Shown in pieces: positions 47,482-56,617 of a DNA stretch of 64,000 nt (the first letter of the stretch is position 1; the number at the start of each line of letters is the position of its first letter). The stretch covers positions 2,464,001 through 2,528,000 of the forward strand of contig CAXXLL010000002.1 of assembly GCA_963662545.2 (NCBI GenBank). The letters run 5' to 3'. Below the pieces are notes generated by a model. It saw only the letters and a program-made list of their open reading frames with translations, made no database searches and had not been told where the DNA came from. The DNA is from Gammaproteobacteria bacterium (GTDB lineage: Bacteria; Pseudomonadota; Gammaproteobacteria; Ga0077536). A program made the translations under genes and the position numbers.

Positions 47482-49305
47482 GTGAGACGCCTGCACCGGG
47501 CGTGCGTGCGCGCGCCCGGTATCGCACTGCTGGCGGCGCTGATCGCTGCGCCGGCCGGTGCCCACGAGAAAGCCTCCGAGGCGCCGGCCGTGCTCGCGCC
47601 CGGCTACGCTGCACTCGAATATCCGGCACCGGTCGCCGGTACCTACGCGCTGCCGGCGCTTGGACCGGCCGCAAATGGCCGCTACCTCGATTCACACGCC
47701 GAAGTGGGTGAATTGTACGACCTGTTCCGCGACCGGGTGACGGTCATCAGCTTCATCTACACGCAATGCGACGACGTTAACGGCTGTCCGCTCGCCACGT
47801 TCGTCATGGGACAAATGGCAAGGCGCCTGCAGGCCGATCCGCAGATCCGCAAGCGCCTCAGGCTGGTCAGCTTCAGTTTCGACATCGACAACGACACGCC
47901 GGCCGCACTCGAGCGATATGCTCAGTCATTCCGTCCAAAGGGCGCGAACTGGGATTTCGTCACCGCACCAGACAGTGCTTCGCTGACCCGGACCCTGGCC
48001 GCTTACCAGCAGTCGGTCCAGCAATCCGAGGGGCATGCGTTCGCGCATATCCTACGCGTATTTCTGGTCGACTCAGGCCTGCGTATCCGAAATATATACA
48101 GTACCGCGTTCCTGCACGCCGATACCCTCGCCGCCGATATCAAGACCGTGCTGCTCGAACAAGGAGATATCGAGTCCGCTGGCGGACTTGCCGCATTCTC
48201 GTCAGGGGCAGAGCACTCGAGCACGGCAGCAGCGGATCCGAACCTGGGGCTACCGCCGCCGGAGGCAATGAACGGCCCGGTGCCTACCGCGGCGCAGGCC
48301 GCGCTCGGCGAGCAGCTTTTTTTCGATCGCCGCTTGTCATTCAATCGCACCATCTCTTGCGCCATGTGCCACATTCCGCTACAGGGGTTTGCGGTCAATG
48401 CGCTAGCGACAGCCGTGGGGATCGAAGGACGCACGGTGAAACGCAATGCGCCGACCTTACTCAACGTCGCGTTTTTGAATACGCTCTTTCACGACGGACG
48501 CGAGAATCGGCTTGAACAACAGGTGTGGGGCCCGCTGCTGGCGCATAACGAAATGGCGAACCCCTCGATCGGCTACGTGCTCGAAAACCTCAAACGCTGG
48601 CCCGAATATCGTGGCCGCTTCAAAGCGGCCTTCGGGGCAGCACCGAGTATGGAAACCGTGGGCCGCGCGCTCGCGTCATACGAACGCACCCTGATCGCCG
48701 GTGGCAGCGCCTTCGACCGGTTCTACTACGCCAAGGATCCGTCGGCCTTGAGCGATGCTGCAAAACGCGGCTTCGCGATCTTTCGCGGCAAGGGTGGGTG
48801 TGCGGCCTGCCATACCTTGAATGACGAGTACGCTCTGTTTACGGACCAGGCGCTGCATAATACCGGCCTCGGCTTTCTCGCCTCAATGACGCCCGGCGAT
48901 GGACGGCGTAGCTTGGCGGTCGCTCCGGGAACTTCGCTCGAATACGACCTCACGGCCGTCGCAGATTCATCGGAAACGCCGCCGAACGATCTCGGCCGCT
49001 ACGAGATTACCGAAGATCCGGACGACCGCTGGAAGTTTCGCACGCCCAGCTTGAGAAACGTATCACTGACGCGTCCGTATATGCACAACGGAACACTGTC
49101 CACACTCGAGGACGTGATCGCGTTCTATAACGACGGTGGTATCCCCAACGATTTACTCGACCCGCTGATCCGACCGCTGGGCCTGACGCATGGAGAGCGC
49201 ACAGATCTGGCGTCTTTTCTGCGCAGCCTCACGAGTGAATCGATCGAGGCACTGGTCGAACGCGCGCAGCAGGTCGAGATCGGTAATCCGAAGTTCGATC
49301 AGTGA
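47482..49305 (+). CDS. SCO1/SenC domain fused to a MauG-like di-heme cytochrome c peroxidase
   Basis: FIYTQCDDVNGCP; CAMCH and CAACH; RNAPT, FHDGR, FRTPSLRNV, PYMHNG; start uncertain. Confidence 0.9.
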   Translation: MRRLHRACVRAPGIALLAALIAAPAGAHEKASEAPAVLAPGYAALEYPAPVAGTYALPALGPAANGRYLDSHAEVGELYDLFRDRVTVISFIYTQCDDVNGCPLATFVMGQMARRLQADPQIRKRLRLVSFSFDIDNDTPAALERYAQSFRPKGANWDFVTAPDSASLTRTLAAYQQSVQQSEGHAFAHILRVFLVDSGLRIRNIYSTAFLHADTLAADIKTVLLEQGDIESAGGLAAFSSGAEHSSTAAADPNLGLPPPEAMNGPVPTAAQAALGEQLFFDRRLSFNRTISCAMCHIPLQGFAVNALATAVGIEGRTVKRNAPTLLNVAFLNTLFHDGRENRLEQQVWGPLLAHNEMANPSIGYVLENLKRWPEYRGRFKAAFGAAPSMETVGRALASYERTLIAGGSAFDRFYYAKDPSALSDAAKRGFAIFRGKGGCAACHTLNDEYALFTDQALHNTGLGFLASMTPGDGRRSLAVAPGTSLEYDLTAVADSSETPPNDLGRYEITEDPDDRWKFRTPSLRNVSLTRPYMHNGTLSTLEDVIAFYNDGGIPNDLLDPLIRPLGLTHGERTDLASFLRSLTSESIEALVERAQQVEIGNPKFDQ

Positions 49306-49520
49306 ATATCGTCCCGTTGGGTAACATCGTGATGGTGGAACGACTCGATAAGACGAAAAGCACGGCAGGCGATGTCGATCTGCCGTGTGTGGGCGTTTTC
49401 GAAAGGCAAGCCGGTGAGACAAAAGTGTGGCGCGACTATTTCGACATATCTACCTATACAAGTGCCATGGCCTCATGATGTGTCCATGAAAGACCTGATC
49501 CCGTAACAAGAGCGACAACA

Positions 49521-50459
49521 ATGCCCGACCTCGTTCTGCACCATTATGATGAAGCGCCTTTCGCCGAAAAAATCCGACTTATCTTCGGCATCAAAGACTT
49601 GGCATGGCATTCCGTCATTCAGCCATCGGCCTTACCCAAGCCGGACCTCGTGCCGCTGACCGGCGGATATCGCAGAACACCCGTGTTCCAAATAGGGGCG
49701 GATATCTATTGCGATACTCAATTGATCGCCGCGGAACTCGAAGCGCTTTACCCGGAGCCGACGATTTTTCCGGATGGTAACGCCGGCCTGGCGTATGCAC
49801 TCGGCAGTTGGGCACACGGCCCTTACGTGGTCAGTTCGGTGGCGATCTACATGGGAGCGGAGGATCCGTTCGCCGGCGACGTCTCGCTACCGCGGCATTT
49901 TTACGAAGATCGCAAGAAGATGTGGATGACCCAGTTCGACACCGATCAACTCGGACCCAAGCTTGCAGGCTACCGCGCGCAACTGGATGCGCACACGGAC
50001 TTCATCAATATGCAGTTGGCCGACGGTCGCGCCTTTTTAACCGGTGACAAACCAAGCCTGGTCGATCTTCACGCGATGTGGGACCCGTGGTTTCTACGCC
50101 GTTTCGCGCCCGTCGAAGCGAGCCGCGCCTACGACAGGTTTCCCGCCATCGAGCAATGGGAAAAACGCCTCGCGGCGATCGGTCAGGGTAGACGCAGCGA
50201 GATGGATCCTAAACGGGCGCTCGAAATCGCCCGTAACACCAGACCCGAACCGGCAACCGGTATCGATCCGAACGATGCGTTAGGCATTAGCGCGGAAACG
50301 ACCGTCCGAGTATCGCCGTCGGACTATGCCGAGGTCGACGTTATCGGCGAACTGGTGGCAACGACGGTGCGCACAGTGACGATTCGGCGCGATGACCCGG
50401 ACGTGGGCCGGGTGCACGTGCATTTTCCCAAAATCGGATACGTCATTGAACCCGTTTAG
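49521..50459 (+). CDS. Glutathione S-transferase family protein
   Basis: LHHY..APFAEK, GGYRRTPV.QIGADIYCDT, VHFPKIGY. Confidence 0.9.
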   Translation: MPDLVLHHYDEAPFAEKIRLIFGIKDLAWHSVIQPSALPKPDLVPLTGGYRRTPVFQIGADIYCDTQLIAAELEALYPEPTIFPDGNAGLAYALGSWAHGPYVVSSVAIYMGAEDPFAGDVSLPRHFYEDRKKMWMTQFDTDQLGPKLAGYRAQLDAHTDFINMQLADGRAFLTGDKPSLVDLHAMWDPWFLRRFAPVEASRAYDRFPAIEQWEKRLAAIGQGRRSEMDPKRALEIARNTRPEPATGIDPNDALGISAETTVRVSPSDYAEVDVIGELVATTVRTVTIRRDDPDVGRVHVHFPKIGYVIEPV

Positions 50460-50512
50460 CCCGCCTATTGCATGAACAATAGCTGATGACGGCGCAGGAC
50501 AGGTAGGTCCGG
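50460..50512 (+). mobile_element. MITE-B left-end fragment
   Basis: TTAG|CCCGCCTATTGCA...CGGCGCAGGACAGGT matches 25424-25476; starts right after the GST stop. Confidence 0.75.
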
Positions 50513-50563
50513 GTGAACGGCACAGCCGCGAACAGCGAGCCATGGACGGCTCGCGCCGAATAC

Positions 50564-50821
50564 TCAACCACCCTTGATCACGGGGACCAGTACGATGGCG
50601 TCGTTTTCCTCGAGTACGCGGGCGCTGGCCGTCGCGTCATCCAGGCGGTCGCCGTTGAGCATGATGAAATACTCGTCTTCGTGCGGGACACCGAGCGCCG
50701 ATATCATTGCCCTCACCGTCGTTCCCGCTGCGGCCTCGCGCGCGAGCGGACCACCCGCCGTATCGACCGCATCGGCATAGTACTCTTGCAGGATACCGAC
50801 GAGGTTGATCGAAACCTGCAC
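50564..50821 (-). CDS. MoaD/ThiS-family protein
   Basis: 85 aa ubiquitin-like; LNG motif; C-terminal GG. Confidence 0.88.
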   Translation of the reverse strand: MQVSINLVGILQEYYADAVDTAGGPLAREAAAGTTVRAMISALGVPHEDEYFIMLNGDRLDDATASARVLEENDAIVLVPVIKGG

Positions 50822-50833
50822 CGCCGTTGGAAA

Positions 50834-52657
50834 CTAGAGCCCCAAGCGACTCAGGGTGTCCGACGTTGGTATGCCCTCGGCCGTCCAGCCACGAACTTCG
50901 TAGTACTTGGGCAGCATCTCGTCGAGCTTACACACCATGCCCTTGGCGGCACCACTCGGCGCGGGTTCCTCGAGAATGCGCTTGGGTAGCGTATCGTCCG
51001 CTTTGGTCAGGCCCGCCGCCGCGTTGAACTGGCGTTCCATGTTCCAGATGCGCTCGCCCATGAGTAACAGCCGATCAACGTCCCATCCGCCTTCGCAGGC
51101 CGCATCGATCTGGGCCGCGTAATGGATCATTTCGCCGCCGACGTTTTTCGGGAATAGGCACAGACCCGTCGAATCGATGGCCGCGATGAAATCTTGCGAA
51201 TCCTTGACCATCGCCGGCTTCTCTTCGACTTCAAGCGTCGTGAAATCATGCGCATAGGGACTTGCCCGTAAATGGCAGGCGCCGCGGTTACTGGTGGCAT
51301 AAGCCAGGCCCATGCCCTGCATGCCGCGACCATCGTACGCGGCGAATTCCTGGCCCTTAACCGCCATCGACAGTTCCGGGTGCCCGTATTTCTCGCATAA
51401 ACGCTTTGAACCCGTGCCGATGTCCACCCCGATCCCCTCACCCTTGGCAATCATTTCGCTCACCCGGCACAAGGCCTCGGCCGAACCGAATTCGAGCTTG
51501 AGCCCGCCGGTGTCCTCATCGGTGATGGCGCCGATATCGTAAAGCTCCATCGCGGCCGCGATGGAGCCGCCCAGCGAGATCGGATCCATGCCGTAATCAT
51601 TGCAGAGAAATCCGACGTAGGTCGCGGCGTCCATATCATCAACGCCGACCGCCGCGCCGAGCGCGTAAGCCGTTTCGTATTCGAGACCGCCTGACGGCAC
51701 CTGGTAGCGTGGCTGGTCCTTGACTGAAAAGTGACTCGGATCGACGTGGCTCAAGCGCCCGCAGCCAATGGTACAGGCAAAGCACGCACTGACCGTGATC
51801 AAATTGACGTGGCCGTTTTCGTTCGGCGATTGCATCGCCTTGGCGTTGAGCTTCTCGTGGCCTTCGAACTGGACCTCGCGATTATTACGCGTCGGCAAGG
51901 CGCCGTAACTGCCGGTCACATCCATCATCGAGATCGTGCCGTGCCGGCTCAAACCGATGCGCGCCTTGGACTCGGCGAGCACCTCACGGAATTCTTTGAT
52001 GGCGACGTCGAAGGCCTTGGAATCGCGGACCCCAACACCCCTGGTGCCACGTACTGCGATGGCCTTTAGCTGCTTAGAGCCCATCACCGCGCCGACGCCG
52101 GAACGTCCCGCTGCCCGATGCAAATCGTTGACGATGCACGCGAAGTGGCAGCCCGATTCTCCCGCCGGTCCAATGGAAGCAACGCGGATCAGCGGGTCGC
52201 CGTGAGCATTCTTGATCGCGGGCTCGAGATCCCACACGCTCTTGCCCCAGAGGTCGCCGGCCCGGATGAGTTTGGCTTTTTCGTTTTCGATGTAGAGGTA
52301 GACGGGTTCCGGAGCACGGCCCTCAAAGATGATCATGTCCCAGCCCGCCATCTTGAGTTCGCCGCCGAATTGCCCGCCGGAGTTGGAACAGGCGATGGCG
52401 CCCGTCAACGCGCCCTTGGTGATGACCGACCAGCGTCCTCCCGTCGGCGCCATCGTCCCGGTGAGAGGGCCGGTCGCAATGATCAGCTTGTTGTCCGGCG
52501 ACATCGGATCGACCTTGGGGTCGACCTCCGCGCTAAAGTACTTGGTGCCGAGACCGCGCTGCCCCAGATACGACTGGGCCCATTCCATATTGAGGTCTTC
52601 GGACACGCAGGTGCCTGCAGTGAGATTCACGCGCAGTAATTTTCCGTGCCAGCCCAT
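50834..52657 (-). CDS. Tungsten-dependent aldehyde:ferredoxin oxidoreductase (AOR family)
   Basis: KLLRVNL, SNSGG, AAGRSGVGAVMGSK, CFACTIGC, LEYE, RGACH, YYEVRGW. Confidence 0.93.
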   Translation of the reverse strand: MGWHGKLLRVNLTAGTCVSEDLNMEWAQSYLGQRGLGTKYFSAEVDPKVDPMSPDNKLIIATGPLTGTMAPTGGRWSVITKGALTGAIACSNSGGQFGGELKMAGWDMIIFEGRAPEPVYLYIENEKAKLIRAGDLWGKSVWDLEPAIKNAHGDPLIRVASIGPAGESGCHFACIVNDLHRAAGRSGVGAVMGSKQLKAIAVRGTRGVGVRDSKAFDVAIKEFREVLAESKARIGLSRHGTISMMDVTGSYGALPTRNNREVQFEGHEKLNAKAMQSPNENGHVNLITVSACFACTIGCGRLSHVDPSHFSVKDQPRYQVPSGGLEYETAYALGAAVGVDDMDAATYVGFLCNDYGMDPISLGGSIAAAMELYDIGAITDEDTGGLKLEFGSAEALCRVSEMIAKGEGIGVDIGTGSKRLCEKYGHPELSMAVKGQEFAAYDGRGMQGMGLAYATSNRGACHLRASPYAHDFTTLEVEEKPAMVKDSQDFIAAIDSTGLCLFPKNVGGEMIHYAAQIDAACEGGWDVDRLLLMGERIWNMERQFNAAAGLTKADDTLPKRILEEPAPSGAAKGMVCKLDEMLPKYYEVRGWTAEGIPTSDTLSRLGL

Positions 52658-52919
52658 TATGACAGCTCCTTAAAAATCGGTACGAGGTCGATCGATTGCA
52701 CATTTTACTCGCTTTGTCCGGCGCTAACAGCCTCTAGGGCTAAGGAAGCCGTGTTGATTTGGGTGGGATAAGGACGGATCCTTCCAAAGGCCCGCAGGGC
52801 GCTATCGGCACCGGCGGCTCGAAGGCGCAGAAAAGACGCCGAAACTTGTTCTCGGTGCCACGGTCGGGGACACTGACCGCCAGCGGCATGACCAGTTTCA
52901 ATAAACTGCAGGACTCATC

Positions 52920-53363
52920 ATGGAGCATTCGATCACAACTGCGCGACAGATCCTCGCCATCACCTTGATGCTGGCATTACCCGCGGCCGCGAGCTGGGCT
53001 CTCGACCCCTCACCTTCGCCGGGAGGTGCGGAAGTTTATTTCATCAGTCCGATGAATGGCGCGCGCCTTGAACGCCCATTCACGGTCAAATTCGGCTTGA
53101 AGGGCATGGGCGTCGCCCCGGCGGGGGTGGATGTGCCGAACACGGGACACCATCACCTATTGATCAACGCAGATCCGATGCCCGATCTCACGCAGCCGCT
53201 GCCGAGTAACGCTCAGGTGCGGCATTTCGGCAAGGGACAGACACAGGCCGAAATAGACCTCGAACCCGGCACCTACACCCTGCAACTCGTGCTCGGCAAC
53301 CACTTGCACATTCCGCACAAGCCGCCGGTCACGAGCGGTACGATACGCGTTACGGTCGAGTAA
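52920..53363 (+). CDS. Exported DUF4399 protein
   Basis: VYFISP, VKFGL.GMGVAPAG, TGHHHLLI, HFGKGQT. Confidence 0.88.
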   Translation: MEHSITTARQILAITLMLALPAAASWALDPSPSPGGAEVYFISPMNGARLERPFTVKFGLKGMGVAPAGVDVPNTGHHHLLINADPMPDLTQPLPSNAQVRHFGKGQTQAEIDLEPGTYTLQLVLGNHLHIPHKPPVTSGTIRVTVE

Positions 53364-53422
53364 GGACGAACATCGCTCGTTTTTTTAAGTCCTTCAGCGC
53401 CTAAATACGATCGCAATCAGCG

Positions 53423-53496
53423 ACAGATGACACAGAGAGACAAAAAAAATATACCGCGCACCTGTTAAATTATTTTTTATTCTCTGTGCACGCTGT
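53423..53496. repeat. Long imperfect palindrome
   Basis: ACAG..GACACAGAGA..AAAAAAATA paired with TATTTTTTA.TCTCTGTG..CGCTGT, between convergent genes. Confidence 0.6.
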
Positions 53497-53544
53497 GGTC
53501 CTATTTTTTTAATCCGTAAGTAACTCTGCGTATCCGCTCAACGG

Positions 53545-53561
53545 CTAAGTCCGAAACGCTG
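53545..53561. mobile_element. Isolated IS-like end (family C)
   Basis: CTAAGTCCGAAACGCTG|CTAG; its reverse complement resembles CTAG|CAGCCGGTCGGATTTAG at 77-97. Confidence 0.45.
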
Positions 53562-54347
53562 CTAGGTGCGGTCAAGCGCACGCGAGAGGAAATCCGAGAT
53601 GTAATCCAGGGTCGCGTCAGTCCGCGCGACATGTGGTGCGTGGCCGCAGCCAACGAAATTGACCGTCTCCACGAGTCCGCTCACTCCCGCCGCGATGCGC
53701 TCGACGTGGATCGAGGTCGAATATGGATCATCGTCGCCACGCAGGGTCAACACGGGTATGTCGATATTCGCGAGATGCTGCTCGATGTTCCAGCTCCTAA
53801 AACCGGGATCGAGCCATGTATCGCACCAGCCGCGGAAGGCACAATCGACGTTGTTGCCGTGATAGCGGACCAGCTTCGAGCGTAAATCGGTCGATTCGTA
53901 GTCGCGTGCGGCCGCCGCGATCGTCGCCACGCCCTTGTCCTCGGTCAGCACGTGCGGCGCCATCAGTATGAGCGCACGGATACGCGGATCGCGCCGCGCG
54001 CCAGCGTACACGATAGCAATCGATGCGCCGTCGCTGTGGCCCAGCAAGATACTGTCTTCGAGCGACGCAGCGTCGAGCACCTGAGGGAGTACGTCGAGGG
54101 CATCGCGTGTGTGGAAATCGAGCGGGCGAGGCAGATCGATGGCGGAGGAGCCTCCGTAGCCCGCGCGGGAATACGTGAAGACCGCCAACCCGGTATTTTC
54201 GTTAAGGCGCGCAGGAAATTTTTTCCACCCGGCCACACAGCCCAGGCCCTCGTGCAGCAGTACGAGGGTCGGGCCGCGACTGCGGCCCGGGAGTCGCTCG
54301 TATTCGAGCGATAGATCCGCGACCGAAATGAATCCGGTCTCGGCCAT
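53562..54347 (-). CDS. Alpha/beta hydrolase
   Basis: LHEGLGC, GHSDGASIA nucleophile elbow, GHAPH. Confidence 0.92.
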   Translation of the reverse strand: MAETGFISVADLSLEYERLPGRSRGPTLVLLHEGLGCVAGWKKFPARLNENTGLAVFTYSRAGYGGSSAIDLPRPLDFHTRDALDVLPQVLDAASLEDSILLGHSDGASIAIVYAGARRDPRIRALILMAPHVLTEDKGVATIAAAARDYESTDLRSKLVRYHGNNVDCAFRGWCDTWLDPGFRSWNIEQHLANIDIPVLTLRGDDDPYSTSIHVERIAAGVSGLVETVNFVGCGHAPHVARTDATLDYISDFLSRALDRT

Positions 54348-54370
54348 CTACCCGCGGAATCTCCCGGCGA

Positions 54371-55765
54371 TCAGGCCGCGAGCAGACCTTCGCCGTTGGC
54401 CCAGTCCAGGGTCGCCGCCATGGCTTTTTCGAACTTGTCGAACATTTCATCGACCTGCTCGGAAGTGATGATGAGCGGCGGACAAAACGCCATGACATCG
54501 CCAATCGCGCGGCAGATCAGACCGTTGGCGTGACAGTGGCTCAGACATTCCGCGCCGACCTTGCCGGCTGGGTCGAAGGCCGTCTTCGACGCCTTGTCCG
54601 CAACCAGTTCGACCGCGCAGAGGAGCCCTACACCGCGCACCTCGCCGACCAGGGGGTGATCGGCGAATCGCTGCACGCGCTCCTGGAACTGGGGCGCCAG
54701 CGCGGCGACGTGATCGAATAATTTATCGCGTTCGTAGATCTCGAGTGTCTTCAAGCCGACGGCGCAGGCGACCGGATGCCCGCTGTAGGTAAAGCCGTGA
54801 CCGAACATGCCCATGTCGTCGGCCGCATCGAGGAAGGCCTGGTAGATTTCGTCCTTGATGATGACGGCGCTCAAGGGTTGATACGCGCTGGTCAACGCTT
54901 TCGCCAGCGAGATCGAATCCGGTTCAATATCGTAGGTGTCGGCGCCGAAGGGATTGCCGGTGCGTCCGAATCCGCAGATCACCTCGTCGTCGATGAACAA
55001 TACGTCGTATTTCTGGAGTACCGTCTGGATTTTCTCGAAATAAGTTGCGGGCGGAGTGATCACGCCGCCCGCACCCATCACGGGTTCCGCGATGAAAGCC
55101 GCAACCGTCTCCGGCCCTTCGTCGAGAATCAGTTTCTCGAGATTTGCCGCCAACCTCGACGAATAGTCTTCTTCCGACTCGCCGGGCTCAGCATATCGCC
55201 AGTAATGCGGCATGTCGGTATGCAGAAAGCGTCCGCCTGCTAGCGGCAGATCAAACCCTTTATGCGAAAGCGGCAGGCCCGTGAGGCTGCCCGCGGCAAG
55301 CGTAATGCCATGGTATCCCTTGACCCGGCCGATGATCTTTTTCTTCTCGGGCCGGCCGATGACATTGTTGTAATACCAGACCAGCTTGATCTGGGTGTCG
55401 TTGGCATCGGATCCGGAGTTACCGAAAAATACCTTTGATTCGTGCAGCGGCACCATCGCTTTGAGTTTCTCAGCGAGTTTGATTCCGACTGCGTGACTCC
55501 TGCCAGAAAAGAGCTGCGCATAGGAAAGCTCTTTTATCTGATCGTAGGCGGCCTGGGCTAGCTCTTCGTTGCCGTAGCCGAGCGCAGTACACCACAGGCC
55601 GGCGAGACCTTCGAGATACTGATTGCCCTGGTCGTCGTACATATAGACGCCTTCCGCGCGCTGCAACACCATGGGGCCCGTCTTATGATGTTGTGCGAGA
55701 TGGGTTTGCGGGTGCAACACACTGGCGAGATCCCTTGCTGCCATGCTTCCGGGTTCAATATTCAA
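54371..55765 (-). CDS. Class III (omega-amine) aminotransferase
   Basis: AGLWC, SGSDAND, YHG, AEPVMG, DEVICGFGRTG, AKALTS, HGFTYSGHP. Confidence 0.93.
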   Translation of the reverse strand: MNIEPGSMAARDLASVLHPQTHLAQHHKTGPMVLQRAEGVYMYDDQGNQYLEGLAGLWCTALGYGNEELAQAAYDQIKELSYAQLFSGRSHAVGIKLAEKLKAMVPLHESKVFFGNSGSDANDTQIKLVWYYNNVIGRPEKKKIIGRVKGYHGITLAAGSLTGLPLSHKGFDLPLAGGRFLHTDMPHYWRYAEPGESEEDYSSRLAANLEKLILDEGPETVAAFIAEPVMGAGGVITPPATYFEKIQTVLQKYDVLFIDDEVICGFGRTGNPFGADTYDIEPDSISLAKALTSAYQPLSAVIIKDEIYQAFLDAADDMGMFGHGFTYSGHPVACAVGLKTLEIYERDKLFDHVAALAPQFQERVQRFADHPLVGEVRGVGLLCAVELVADKASKTAFDPAGKVGAECLSHCHANGLICRAIGDVMAFCPPLIITSEQVDEMFDKFEKAMAATLDWANGEGLLAA

Positions 55766-55888
55766 GACCTATCTCCTTGCTGGGATGGACCTTCGGTGGG
55801 CGGGCAATTCTAGCAGGATGCCGAAAACGCGGTTTGGCGGCAGTGTGCTGAACGGTTCCGGGTACTCTGCCTCCCGCCACGGCACTGC

Positions 55889-56434
55889 TCAGTCCCTGTC
55901 GTCCACCGTCACGAATATCCCAACCGGCGTTGGATCCAGTAGGACGACCAGTGGCTGGCGGCGAAGCGAACTGCCGTCGCCCGCGCTCGCGCGCACCCAC
56001 AGCGCCGACGCCGATTGCATTACGGTGAACTCGGAGTTGCCGGCGTCGAGCGCGCGAACGAGGAAAGGACGCGCGACGGGCGGCAAGCGCATCTCACGTT
56101 GGGCGTAGCGAGAGGCTATCGCGGGACTGATCTGGACATAGGATACTTCTTCAAGCTCCGCGATCGCTTCATCGACAACCACCGCTTCGACCGGGTAAAC
56201 CTGCCACGGCGCCAGTGCGATCGAATCCTCGCCAAATTGATGCGGTGCGCGGTACCAGGGGTGGTCGGATACAACCGCTTCTTGCGGCCCCGGCGTGCAA
56301 GCCGACAAAACAAGAATCACGAGAACACTCGACAATCGACACGCCTGATCCCTGAGGCCGCGAAATTTCTCAATACCCGAAATTCCGCACCTGCGCTGCC
56401 CCACCGAATTACCCATTTCAACCACATTGTTCAT
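55889..56434 (-). CDS. Hypothetical lipoprotein
   Basis: hydrophobic stretch + LSAC lipobox; start uncertain. Confidence 0.6.
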   Translation of the reverse strand: MNNVVEMGNSVGQRRCGISGIEKFRGLRDQACRLSSVLVILVLSACTPGPQEAVVSDHPWYRAPHQFGEDSIALAPWQVYPVEAVVVDEAIAELEEVSYVQISPAIASRYAQREMRLPPVARPFLVRALDAGNSEFTVMQSASALWVRASAGDGSSLRRQPLVVLLDPTPVGIFVTVDDRD

Positions 56435-56617
56435 ACCGCGAGTTTACCCGAGTGACGAAACCCTTGTAACGGTCTTAGACCCCGAGGGAAGTATCGCTGT
56501 CGTTCTCCCGGCGTTCGATGAGACGGCGCTTCCCGCTGCGGTTCCCATTCGCGAGCTTATTCGCCCACCCGCCCGCGAGTAGACTATGCTGGGGAGCAAA
56601 ATCGAGGTGGAACGCAC

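Noticed and set aside
52740-52760. CTAA|GGAAGCCGTG as another MITE-A end
   Set aside because: Similarity stops after a few bases and no partner end was found.
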